64,000 bases of DNA from Myxococcota bacterium (GTDB lineage Bacteria; Myxococcota_A; Polyangia; Polyangiales; Houyiibacteriaceae), in assembly GCA_039030515.1 (NCBI GenBank), contig JBCCEA010000001.1:1-64000 (forward strand), written 5' to 3'. Made by a program: the position numbers and the translations under genes. This document shows, one piece after another, positions 28,792 through 37,913 of the stretch. Under the pieces are notes generated by a model, which did no database searches, was not told where the DNA came from, and saw only the letters and a program-made list of their open reading frames with translations. Numbering within the stretch: position 1 is the first letter of the stretch; each line of letters opens with the position of its first letter.

Positions 28792-29637
28792 ATGGGTATT
28801 AGCGTAATTACGAACGTTCCGTCGATCAATGCGCAGCGGAACCTGAGTAAGACTCAGAATATGTTGAATAAGAGTCTCGGTCGGCTTTCGAGTGGATTGA
28901 GAATCAACAGTGCTTCGGACGACGCGGCAGGCCTGGGTATCAGCGAGAAGCTGAAATCTCAGATTCGAAGCATGGCTCAAGCCGAACGAAACGCTCAAGA
29001 TGCGGTCAGTCTGCTTCAGACCGCAGAAGGCGCAATGGGTGAATTGGCTGGAATTCTGACACGCATGCGCGAGCTAGCTGTTCAGTCGGCCAACGACACC
29101 GTGGGTTCTGTCGAGCGAGGGTTCATCAACGATGAGCTCTCTCAGCTTCGAACAGAATTTGATCGAATCGTGCAGGTTTCGGAGTTCAACGGTACCAAGC
29201 TTCTCGATGGCACCAATGGGCCTATGACGTTTCAGGTGGGTATTAACAACACTACCAATGACCGAATCACGGTAAATGTTGCAAACCTGACTACGTCTCA
29301 GGTCGGCGATACAAACTTCTCTTCGGGTCTGCAGGCGATCAATTTATCTACCCTCTCCGGTGCGCAAGCTTCATTGAACATCCTTGATGAGGCTATCAGT
29401 GATATCTCGAGTGAGAGAGCAACGATGGGTGCCTTCCAGAATCGAATGGAAGTTACTGTTTCGAATCTGGGTTCTGCTCGAGAAAACTTATCCGCTGCGA
29501 ACTCTCGTATTCGAGATGTCGATGTAGCGAGTGAGTCAGCAAATCTTACCAAGGCAAATATTTTGTCGCAGGCAGGTGTATCGGTTTTGGCTCAGGCCAA
29601 TCAGGCACCACAGCTCGCACTCAGTCTAATCGGTTAG
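28792..29637 (+). CDS. fliC: Flagellin 2 (281 aa)
   Basis: RLSSGLRINSASDDAAGL; SRIRDVDVA; AQANQAPQ. Confidence 0.97.
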   Translation: MGISVITNVPSINAQRNLSKTQNMLNKSLGRLSSGLRINSASDDAAGLGISEKLKSQIRSMAQAERNAQDAVSLLQTAEGAMGELAGILTRMRELAVQSANDTVGSVERGFINDELSQLRTEFDRIVQVSEFNGTKLLDGTNGPMTFQVGINNTTNDRITVNVANLTTSQVGDTNFSSGLQAINLSTLSGAQASLNILDEAISDISSERATMGAFQNRMEVTVSNLGSARENLSAANSRIRDVDVASESANLTKANILSQAGVSVLAQANQAPQLALSLIG

Positions 29638-29650
29638 TGATTCAAGAGGA

Positions 29651-29680
29651 CTGAGGGCTCGGCGGTATCCAAGTCCTCAG
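29651..29680 (+). terminator. Hairpin downstream of flagellin 2 (terminator or stabiliser)
   Basis: CTGAGGGCT...AGTCCTCAG inverted repeat; no clear U tract. Confidence 0.4.
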
Positions 29681-29959
29681 CTCTAAGGAGATTTATCGTG
29701 TCTTTTAGAACTCGTACTTCATCGCTTCCGCGTGACGGACCGCGCGGGGCGAGTCGTGGGCCCTCGCGAGGGCCGCCTTTGAGTAGAGGGTCGCCATATG
29801 GCTATGCTCCTCGTTGGTGTGCTGTCGCGATTTACCGTGGCCCACCGCTCTTCCACGAAGGAGCGCTCAAGTCGTCCAAAAGCTTCGTCTACATACGTGT
29901 TCGGCGCATGTATGTGGGCAGGGATGAACTGAGACGAACACTCAAGGAAGAGGTGTACC

Positions 29960-30811
29960 ATGGCGATGACCGTAGTCACGAACGTGCCGTCAATGACAGC
30001 ACAGCGAAATCTCAACAAGACGAATAACTCTTTAAATAAGAGCTTACAGCGTCTGTCGAGTGGATTGCGAATAAACACCGCAGCGGATGATGCGGCGGGT
30101 CTGGGCATTAGTGAAAAGCTACAGTCTCAGATTCGCAGCATGGCCCAGGCGGAGCGAAACGCGGGTGACGCGGTCAGTCTGTTACAGACTGCCGAGAGCT
30201 CGCTAAGCGAAATGAGTGGAATTGTCACCCGCATGCGCGAATTGACGATTCAGGCAGCCAACGACACCGTCGGGTCGACAGAGCGGCAGTTTCTTGACGA
30301 CGAGCTCACGCAGCTCCGAGACGAGTTTGATCGCATCGCGTCGGTTACGGAGTTCAATGGCACCAAACTCATCGATGGTAGCGTTTCGGGTACCAACCAG
30401 CTCACGTTCCAGGTGGGTACCGGCGCGACCAGCAACGACCGAATCGAGGTCAGCATTGGAACGACAACAGCGGGTTCTGTAGGTACTACCGCTGCTACTT
30501 CGGGCTTGAATGCGGTCGGTCTTACGACCCTCACTGCAGCCCAAGGTTCGCTTGCTATCCTTGATGAGGCCATCAGCGATATCTCGACGCAGCGTGCGAC
30601 GTTGGGCGCGTCGCAAAATCGGATGGAGGTTACGATCTCCAATCTATCCTCTGCTCGAGAGAATCTCTCGGCGGCGAATTCTCGGATTCGCGATGTGGAT
30701 GTAGCCAGTGAGTCAGCCAATCTGACTCGAGCGAACATCCTGACCCAGGCAGGTGTCTCTGTTCTCGCTCAGGCGAATCAGACTCCTACCCTCGCGTTGT
30801 CACTCATCTAA
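29960..30811 (+). CDS. fliC: Flagellin 3 (283 aa)
   Basis: RLSSGLRINTAADDAAGL; SRIRDVDVA; AQANQTP. Confidence 0.97.
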   Translation: MAMTVVTNVPSMTAQRNLNKTNNSLNKSLQRLSSGLRINTAADDAAGLGISEKLQSQIRSMAQAERNAGDAVSLLQTAESSLSEMSGIVTRMRELTIQAANDTVGSTERQFLDDELTQLRDEFDRIASVTEFNGTKLIDGSVSGTNQLTFQVGTGATSNDRIEVSIGTTTAGSVGTTAATSGLNAVGLTTLTAAQGSLAILDEAISDISTQRATLGASQNRMEVTISNLSSARENLSAANSRIRDVDVASESANLTRANILTQAGVSVLAQANQTPTLALSLI

Positions 30812-30826
30812 TGGGTGCGCGCGAAG

Positions 30827-30858
30827 CGCTCCCGGGACTGATCCCGGTCCCGGGAGCG
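30827..30858 (+). terminator. Strong GC hairpin downstream of flagellin 3
   Basis: CGCTCCCGGGAC / GTCCCGGGAGCG perfect 12-bp stem; no U tract. Confidence 0.5.
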
Positions 30859-31024
30859 GGGGCGCGTCTTGAGTACGCTATAAAAAGGCCACGGAACCGT
30901 CGTAAGATCGCCAAGCTTCTGACAGAGAGCCTGCCCGATTTCCCATGAGTTTTCAGTCGCAAGCGTAGGCATGGGGCATGCATCACAGCGTCTGCAATCG
31001 AACCTCAAGGTTTAGGAGCGTTCC

Positions 31025-32389
31025 TTGACTCAGCCCCTTGCATCATTTTCCGGATTGGCCTCCGGACTCGACACATCTTCACTTATCGCCCAGCTGGTCG
31101 AAGTCGAAAGCCTTCCCATCGTACGGATGGAGGATCAAAAGGCCGACTACGAATCGATGAGTCGGCGGATTACCGATATCGCTGGTGAAGTCGAAAACAC
31201 GCGCACTGAGATCAAAAAGCTCGAAACCGAAGACGATATCCTGACCTATACGGGAACCAGCAGCGACAGCACCAAGGTCGGTGTGACTGCCACATCTCTC
31301 GCTGTTCCCGGTCAATATACGGTACAGGTTTCGGCCCTTGCTGCGGCTCAGTCGAACGTTTCAGACGGTTTTTCAGATGCCGATACAGTAGGCCTTTTCG
31401 GCACAGGGGACCTCGCCATACAAGTCGGTACCGATACTGCTGTGACAATTAGCATCGACGGTACCGATACTTTGAATACTGTAGCTTCTAAGATTAATGA
31501 TTCAGATGCTCGGGCTATCGCATCGGTGATCTTCGATGGAAGTACGTATCGACTACAGGTGGTTGGAGAGGATACCGGAGTTGCGAATACTGTGAGTTAC
31601 ACAGAGGGTGGATCTCTTGCCTTTGACTTCGAAGGTACTTCTGGTGGCTTAAGCAATCAGCTTGTTGCGGCTGTCGACGCCGCCTTTTCGGTAAATGGCC
31701 TTGCAATGACCCGAAGTTCAAACGCGGTAGATAGCGCTATTCCGGGATTTCGACTGAATCTGTCGGACACGACCACAAGTGCGGTGACCATATCCGTAGC
31801 CCAGGACACTTCGGCGCTTTCGGGCAATGTTCAAGGTTTCGTAGATAAATTTAACTTCATGATGGATCTCATCGACCAGGAACTGCTTTTTGACGGTACT
31901 GTTCGATTGGGGGATTCGTTGCGCGGAGATTCGGCTCTTCGGAGCACTCAGGAGCAGTTTCGTTTGCTCATAGTTTCACAGGTAAACGGACTTTCCGGCG
32001 AGTATGATACTTTTGCTCAGCTGGGAGTGAGTATCGATCAGACAGGAACACTTACTTTCGACTCGGCCATGCTAAGTACCGCACTTACGGATGATCCCGA
32101 TTCGGTTGTCGAGTTTTTCACGGGAAATGATACCGCCGACGGCTTTGTCAGCCTCTTTGATTCACTTACGGATACCTACACCAACGCCGACAATGGAGTT
32201 CTGACGGCGCGAACCGATGGACTCGCGGACCGAGTTACCGATTTGGATGATCAAATCGCGAGAACTCAGACTCGGATCGACGCTTATGAAGCGCGCTTGC
32301 GTCGGCAATACACGAATTTGGAGACTACGGTGAGCAGTCTTCAAAGCCAGGGCGATCAGCTTCTGGCTGCTTTGGGATCGGTCAGCTAG
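31025..32389 (+). CDS. fliD: Flagellar filament cap protein FliD
   Basis: FSGLASGLDTSSLIAQLVEVE N-terminus; RSSN, LRGDSALR, LRRQYTNLE C-terminus; TTG start after AGGAG. Confidence 0.92.
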   Translation: MTQPLASFSGLASGLDTSSLIAQLVEVESLPIVRMEDQKADYESMSRRITDIAGEVENTRTEIKKLETEDDILTYTGTSSDSTKVGVTATSLAVPGQYTVQVSALAAAQSNVSDGFSDADTVGLFGTGDLAIQVGTDTAVTISIDGTDTLNTVASKINDSDARAIASVIFDGSTYRLQVVGEDTGVANTVSYTEGGSLAFDFEGTSGGLSNQLVAAVDAAFSVNGLAMTRSSNAVDSAIPGFRLNLSDTTTSAVTISVAQDTSALSGNVQGFVDKFNFMMDLIDQELLFDGTVRLGDSLRGDSALRSTQEQFRLLIVSQVNGLSGEYDTFAQLGVSIDQTGTLTFDSAMLSTALTDDPDSVVEFFTGNDTADGFVSLFDSLTDTYTNADNGVLTARTDGLADRVTDLDDQIARTQTRIDAYEARLRRQYTNLETTVSSLQSQGDQLLAALGSVS

Positions 32390-32405
32390 GAGGAGCGGTA
32401 TTTCC

Positions 32406-32801
32406 ATGTCCTTTGGTCTCGCACAATATCGAACAGCCCGTGTGCAAACTGCTTCGCCAGTGAGCCTCCTCGTGCAACTCTATGATGCCGCGTTGAAGCA
32501 TTTGGGGTCGGCCAAAGAGGCGATAGCGGATGGTGATCACGCAGCGAAAGGGCTCGCTATCGGGAAGGCGCATCGAATCGTTACCGAGCTTCAGGCCACG
32601 CTTGATCATGAAAAAGCCCCGGAGATCGCGGAGCAGCTCGACCGACTCTACGACTTTGTGCTTCATCGAATCGGGGTTGCTAACTTCAAAAACGATGCAA
32701 ATTCGATCGACGAAGCGGCTTTGGTCATGGATACGTTGCGAGGCGCCTGGGTTGAGATCGCTCAGAGCGGGGAGCAGCCTCAGGTCAAGGTCGTCAAATG
32801 A
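32406..32801 (+). CDS. fliS: Flagellin export chaperone FliS
   Basis: VQTASPVSLLVQLYDAA, ELQATLD, LDRLYDF, LRGAW. Confidence 0.94.
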   Translation: MSFGLAQYRTARVQTASPVSLLVQLYDAALKHLGSAKEAIADGDHAAKGLAIGKAHRIVTELQATLDHEKAPEIAEQLDRLYDFVLHRIGVANFKNDANSIDEAALVMDTLRGAWVEIAQSGEQPQVKVVK

Positions 32802-33139
32802 ATACCGTGGTTTCAATTCTGGAGGCCGTTGAAGCACTCGCCTCTCAGGATCCGGCGGCCTTGACGTTCGAGCAATTTGACGCGCTGGTCACGCAGCGGG
32901 AAGTACTGGTGACACAGCTGGCGAAAGCGATTCGGCAAACGCCTCCGGAGACACCGGAGGTGCAGGATCGCGTGCTCGCTCTGGTCACGCAAGGAACGCA
33001 TCTTCAGCAGGTTGCAAATCTACGGATCGAGGAGATTCAGGCTGCCCTTCACAAAGTGCAGCAAGGCAGGCAGATGCTTCGCGGATATCGGCCTGGTCGC
33101 GGAGAGAGGCTGCGAGGTGCAGTTCGGAACTCTGCCTAG
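32798..33139 (+). CDS. Small helical protein, possibly FliT/FlgN-like chaperone
   Basis: ATGA overlap with fliS; helical 113 aa ending LRGY; call rests mostly on position. Confidence 0.5.
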   Translation: MNTVVSILEAVEALASQDPAALTFEQFDALVTQREVLVTQLAKAIRQTPPETPEVQDRVLALVTQGTHLQQVANLRIEEIQAALHKVQQGRQMLRGYRPGRGERLRGAVRNSA

Positions 33140-33662
33140 GGTTTTTATACGGCCTAGCGTTTTTGTATTCGCACTTATAGTGCAATGCATGCTGTCTTCA
33201 GAAGTCTTGGCTCAGCAACGTCGCTTTGGTGTGACCTTTGATTCGGGTTCGGGCATCTCTATGGCTTCCGGACAGGAAGATGTTGTCACGCGTCGAACTC
33301 CGATATTTCTGGATGCCGGTGTGCGAACTTTTGTCGACACAAGACCTGAGCTTGCCTACGCGGGAGCCCTCAGAGTCGAGGTCGATGGCCGCGCGAGCGT
33401 GGGAGTGGTGGCTCGGGTGGAGTACTCGGTTCCGCTCACTCGGAGCCTCACCTTCAGGCCTCAGGGAGGTCTGAATCTATTTTTGGCACCGTTCAGCATG
33501 TTCGGCCCTGAGCTTGGTTTCGCGTTGCGCCTCGCGCTCGATCCCAAAGCAGCCCTGGTCGCGCGCGGGCTTATCGACGGCTATCTATGGGGCAGCGATG
33601 TGCCCGACGATACGGCGGTAGTCATGATCAACGGCACGCTCGGATTAGAGCTGCTTTTATGA
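33117..33662 (+). CDS. Hypothetical exported protein, possibly outer-membrane beta-barrel
   Basis: Signal-peptide-like segment ending VLA; alternating hydrophobic beta-strand pattern; start uncertain. Confidence 0.55.
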   Translation: MQFGTLPRVFIRPSVFVFALIVQCMLSSEVLAQQRRFGVTFDSGSGISMASGQEDVVTRRTPIFLDAGVRTFVDTRPELAYAGALRVEVDGRASVGVVARVEYSVPLTRSLTFRPQGGLNLFLAPFSMFGPELGFALRLALDPKAALVARGLIDGYLWGSDVPDDTAVVMINGTLGLELLL

Positions 33663-34135
33663 AAGGTGTCCGCAGAACCGTCCGCAGCTCAGGCTTTGCC
33701 CGAGTTGCGTTTCTGGTGATTTTGGAGGTCTCGCTGTGGTCGGTTTCGGCGTGCGGTGACTCTTGCGTTCGACATAGCGACTGCCCGGGAGATCAAGAGT
33801 GTGTTGTGGGTGTGTGCACAATTTTGGCATCCGAGGCGTCGGTTGGGGATGCCAGTCAGGAGGCTGGATCGATCGATGGAGCGGCCGGCGGCGAGGGCGG
33901 AGTTGTGGACGCCACCGTACTGGTCGATTCGGCGGTTGTGGATTCAGCGGTCGATGGAGCGGCCGGCGGCGAGGGCGGAGTTGTGGACGCCACCGTACTG
34001 GTCGATTCGGCGGTTGTGGATTCAGCGGTCGATGCCGCGGCGACGGATGCAGGGCTGAACGACGCTACGCCAAGCGATGCATCGAGCGATGCTGGCGCAG
34101 TCGACGGAGGCGCTGCGGATTCGGCAGCTTCGTAG
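33659..34135 (+). CDS. Cys-rich lipoprotein with D/A/G/V low-complexity tail
   Basis: Lipobox VSAC; CVRHSDCPGDQECVVGVC module; ATGA overlap with the upstream gene. Confidence 0.65.
   Translation: MKGVRRTVRSSGFARVAFLVILEVSLWSVSACGDSCVRHSDCPGDQECVVGVCTILASEASVGDASQEAGSIDGAAGGEGGVVDATVLVDSAVVDSAVDGAAGGEGGVVDATVLVDSAVVDSAVDAAATDAGLNDATPSDASSDAGAVDGGAADSAAS
33873..34034 (+). repeat. Exact 78-bp in-frame tandem duplication (26 aa)
   Basis: Unit starting TCGATGGAGC at 33873 and 33951, with a partial third start at 34029. Confidence 0.9.
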
Positions 34136-34241
34136 TCGACCGATATCGTGATCGACCGATAGGTCCTCTCAGAGAATCGCGGCGAGTTGATCGAATAACC
34201 CCGAGAAACCAAGCACAGATGTTCGAAGGGTCACTCAATCC

Positions 34242-35144
34242 TCATTCCCAATCTGCGACCTTTGCACGAATTTGCTTTTCGAGTGCAGCTCGCACGTCGT
34301 TTGAAATACCGAGGCCATGCCACGACTGGTGCACCTCTTCCTGAGGAGTGTAGTCCGCGTTGTCGAGGAGCGGGATTCCAAACCCCTCTCCTCGAACGAG
34401 GTCGTCGGCAATGGTGACGATCGCCGCCAGCGGGTTGATACGCCCATCCATGCGCGGGCAGTGGTGATGCTCGACGATCCACCGGATTTCATCGGAAAGT
34501 TCCCAGGCCTTGCAGACCGCACCGCCGGCGTGCTCATGGGCGCTGTCGATCGCCGATGCGAGTAGATCTGCGCTCAAGTCGTCCAGGTCTTTGAGTTTTG
34601 GACTGTCGACGATCGCTAAGGCGGCAGCCGTACCCATGTCGTGCAGCAGACCGCAGAGGAAGAGATGGTCTGATGGATATTGCGTCTGGTCGGAGAGAAA
34701 CTGACAGGCTCGGGCCACCTTGATGCTGTGGTCCTTGACGGAATTCATGACCTCTCCGTACCGCTTGCTTCGAAAGAGGGTAGATTCCATCGCCACGATC
34801 CAAACCAGGTTCTGGATCTCTTTGAGACCTAGCCGCATGCACGCATCTTTCAGGCTTCGCGGCGCTACCTTGGTTTTGTACATCGGAGAGGCAGCGCGAT
34901 GAAGCATGCTGGCTGCGATCATCGGATCGGTGGAAATCAGCTCGATGATCTCCTCCATCCCGACGTTGGGTCGCTTGATCAGTGCATTGACCTCCAGAGC
35001 GACCTTCGGCAGTAGGGGCGGACGGTAGTCTTCTCTACGAAAGAGCGCCAAAATCCGCTCGGTTGGATCGTCAAAGAGCGAGGCGTCGGCTTCGTTTACG
35101 CTGTGTATGCCCCGTCCATAGTTTGGGTTCATCCTCGCTTTCAA
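34242..35144 (-). CDS. HDOD domain protein
   Basis: PPLLPKVA, DPMIAASMLHRAASPMY, RLG, GLLHDMG, HEHAG, HHH; TTG start after AAAGGAGG. Confidence 0.88.
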   Translation of the reverse strand: MKARMNPNYGRGIHSVNEADASLFDDPTERILALFRREDYRPPLLPKVALEVNALIKRPNVGMEEIIELISTDPMIAASMLHRAASPMYKTKVAPRSLKDACMRLGLKEIQNLVWIVAMESTLFRSKRYGEVMNSVKDHSIKVARACQFLSDQTQYPSDHLFLCGLLHDMGTAAALAIVDSPKLKDLDDLSADLLASAIDSAHEHAGGAVCKAWELSDEIRWIVEHHHCPRMDGRINPLAAIVTIADDLVRGEGFGIPLLDNADYTPQEEVHQSWHGLGISNDVRAALEKQIRAKVADWE

Positions 35145-35248
35145 ATTACATTCCTCCTTTGAATGAAGGAGCCCAGGCGATCCGCATTTCTATGGGAAAC
35201 GGCGAGTTGATCGAGAACTAAAGCCGATGTCCTTTTTTTGCGCCTCCT

Positions 35249-36367
35249 TTAGCGAGACGCGAGCTTCAATGCTCGCACCAAATCGCTTGCGTTGTTGGCG
35301 ACGGCCTGTGCGGTTTGCGTCGCGATCACGCCGTCCCGCACCAGGCGGATCAACATCCGATCAAAAGAGTGAGAGCCTACCTCGCTGGAGCACGTGTCGA
35401 GTGCGGCAGCCAGGCCCCGGAGACGACTCCCGTCTCGAATGCACTCCATGATGGTTGGGGCTGGAACGAGGATTTCGGTGGCAAGCACCAGTTCGCTGCC
35501 CCCTCGTTTGGGGATGAGTCTTTGGGACACGATCGCGCTGAGGCAGTCTGCAAGTCGTTGACGGGTCGCGTCGCGCTGATCTTCCCCGTAGAAGTTGACG
35601 ATTCGTGAGATCGCTCGCGTGGCGTCCTTGCTGTGCATCGTCGACACGACGAGTCGGCCTGACTCTGCGGCGGTGATGGCGACGTTGATGTCTTGATGGT
35701 TTCGGAGCTCTCCGATGAAGATCACGTCCGGGTCTTCACGCAGGGCGCCTTCCAGTCCCTCTTCGAAAGAATCGACATCTCTGCCCACCTCGCGCTGCGA
35801 GAATCCCGAGTTGACATCTTTGAAGACAAACTCGATCGGGTCTTCGATGGTGACGATATGTTTCGAGGTCGTTTTGTTGATGTACTCGAGCATCGAAGCG
35901 ATCGTGGTTGACTTGCCGTTCCGAGTGGCTCCGGTGACCAGGATCAGACCTCGGTTCTGCATTGCGATGCGCTTCATCACCGGTGGAAGTCGCAGGCTCG
36001 TGAAGTCTGGAATCTCGCTTGGAATGTTTCTGGCGATGAGGCCGAGCGTCCCGTTTTGCTTGTAGAGATGGCAGCGAATGCGGGTCACGTTCGGTATCTG
36101 ACATGAAAAGTCGCACTGGTTGCGCTTGATGAGATCGAGAGAGATCCCTGCCCATCGCGCAAGCGCACTCGCTCCTCCGGTGATCGTGGCCTCGTCGAGC
36201 GGGGGGTGGTCGAGAGGACAGAGCTGACCTCGAATACGGACCATCGGGGTAGCGGCGGCCCGAAGGTGGATGTCGGAGGCTCCGGCGGCGAGCGCGCCCT
36301 TTAGAATTCTCAGTACCGTTTCCTGCGCTTTGTAGTTCTCACCCTCGCTCGGCGTGGCCGCCTTCAC
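35249..36367 (-). CDS. PilT/PilU-family secretion/retraction ATPase
   Basis: ASDIHL, Walker A GATRNGKST, Asp box TIEDPIE, QREVG, LREDPDVIFIGE, STMH. Confidence 0.88.
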   Translation of the reverse strand: MKAATPSEGENYKAQETVLRILKGALAAGASDIHLRAAATPMVRIRGQLCPLDHPPLDEATITGGASALARWAGISLDLIKRNQCDFSCQIPNVTRIRCHLYKQNGTLGLIARNIPSEIPDFTSLRLPPVMKRIAMQNRGLILVTGATRNGKSTTIASMLEYINKTTSKHIVTIEDPIEFVFKDVNSGFSQREVGRDVDSFEEGLEGALREDPDVIFIGELRNHQDINVAITAAESGRLVVSTMHSKDATRAISRIVNFYGEDQRDATRQRLADCLSAIVSQRLIPKRGGSELVLATEILVPAPTIMECIRDGSRLRGLAAALDTCSSEVGSHSFDRMLIRLVRDGVIATQTAQAVANNASDLVRALKLASR

Positions 36368-37827
36368 GACTTTGCCATTTCAACCCGATTGCGACCCGCG
36401 TTTTTGGCGGCGTAGAGCGCTCGGTCGGCGTTTTCGATCAGTTCCTCTGGGTTTTCTGCCGCAAGTCTCGAGTCACAGGTGACGCCGAGGCTCGCGGTAA
36501 CCCGCAGCGGTTCGCCATGATAGTCGACCACTTTGGCCTCGATGGCTTCCCGCATCTCTTCCGCAAGTCGGGCTGCCTCTTTGGCTTCGGTGTTCGGCAT
36601 GATGACGCAGAACTCTTCTCCGCCAAATCGGGCCGGAAAGTCGGACTTCCGCAGATGGTCCTTCAGCGCTGCGGCGACCGAGCTGAGCACGAGGTCGCCG
36701 GCCTGGTGCCCATGGGTATCGTTGAACGCCTTGAAGTGGTCTACGTCGATCATGGCGACTGCGAGGGGGAGGCCTCTCTTACGGCTGCGCTCGAACTCCC
36801 TTGTGATCGTTTCATCGAGGGCTCTTTTGTTCGGCAGTTTGGTCAGCGCATCGCTCAAGGCCATCGTCTTGAGTACTTGGTTGGCTCGCCTCAGTTCCGT
36901 CGCAAGCACTTCTTTTTCTTCGAGCAGGCGTTCAAGTCGGCGCACCGCACCTTCGTACTGTACGTTCAGCTGGAAGAGCTCTTCGGCGGCGTCCTTGATC
37001 AAGTCTTCGAGATTTGCCTGAGGCCTAAGGGTACGTTCAAAGTCTCGCGCGCATTCTTCAACTTTTATGGGTATCGAGTTAAGTAGTTCCTCGATTATTT
37101 GCTCATCAAGCGCAAGGTGAACCCCTGCTTCGATCGCTTGCGCTCGTAGTTTGTGGGTAGGGCCTCCTTCAAAAACGGCCGCAAGGCGTTCTGCCGCCCA
37201 GCTCAATCGCGCGAGCTTGTCCTCTGGAGGTTCGAGTTGGTGATGGCATTCGATAGCGAGGGCGGTCGCCTGAGGCATGCCGTATTCCCGGGCGAGGCGA
37301 GCGCCTTTTTCAGGGTGCGCCATCCATCCTTCGGCACGCTCTTGAGTAGGACGGTGCAGCGCCGGTGAAGCCGCAAGGGCTGCGGCACGACTCAAATCGG
37401 TTCGCGCATGAGAGAGCAGCCCGAGTTCCAGCAGGAGTCCCGTGGTGAATACCTCCGACTCGTCAGGATAATGCACGGCATGGGCAAGCTGCGCGATCGC
37501 TACCGCCCGACGAAGACAGCACGCCAAGAGCTGTCTTCCTTCTGGGGTATCGGGCGCCATATCGGTGACGGCGATGTTTAATGCGAGGTTGCGAATGCCG
37601 CGCACCCCGAGTACCGCACAAGCACGTCGAATGTCGGTCACCTTACTACGACGTAGGAGTAAGGGGCTGTTGACCAGGGACAGGACCCGGACGGTGAAGG
37701 CCGGATCGCTCTGTATCAGTCCTGCAACGTACGGCAGGGAGCAATCCGGCTGCATGGCCGCACTCACGATCTGCACCGCTAGGGCAGATATGGGTGAGCT
37801 AGTTTGTGAATCGGTATGCCCGGTCAT
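36364..37827 (-). CDS. HDOD-GGDEF diguanylate cyclase
   Basis: N-terminal HDOD (DPAFTVRVLSLVNSP), coiled coil, DALTKLPNKR, DVDHFK, RKSD I-site, RFGGEEF. Confidence 0.9.
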   Translation of the reverse strand: MTGHTDSQTSSPISALAVQIVSAAMQPDCSLPYVAGLIQSDPAFTVRVLSLVNSPLLLRRSKVTDIRRACAVLGVRGIRNLALNIAVTDMAPDTPEGRQLLACCLRRAVAIAQLAHAVHYPDESEVFTTGLLLELGLLSHARTDLSRAAALAASPALHRPTQERAEGWMAHPEKGARLAREYGMPQATALAIECHHQLEPPEDKLARLSWAAERLAAVFEGGPTHKLRAQAIEAGVHLALDEQIIEELLNSIPIKVEECARDFERTLRPQANLEDLIKDAAEELFQLNVQYEGAVRRLERLLEEKEVLATELRRANQVLKTMALSDALTKLPNKRALDETITREFERSRKRGLPLAVAMIDVDHFKAFNDTHGHQAGDLVLSSVAAALKDHLRKSDFPARFGGEEFCVIMPNTEAKEAARLAEEMREAIEAKVVDYHGEPLRVTASLGVTCDSRLAAENPEELIENADRALYAAKNAGRNRVEMAKS

Positions 37828-37913
37828 GAGGCGGCATCACTCCCACATCCCAGGTTTACGTCCATTTGGGGACAAACTGGACCCCTCGGCGTAGAGGGTC
37901 GTTCGTATTTTTT

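Noticed and set aside
29759..29774. Perfect 16-bp palindrome GGCCCTCGCGAGGGCC between flagellins 2 and 3
   Set aside because: Single GC-rich palindrome with no second copy or supporting context
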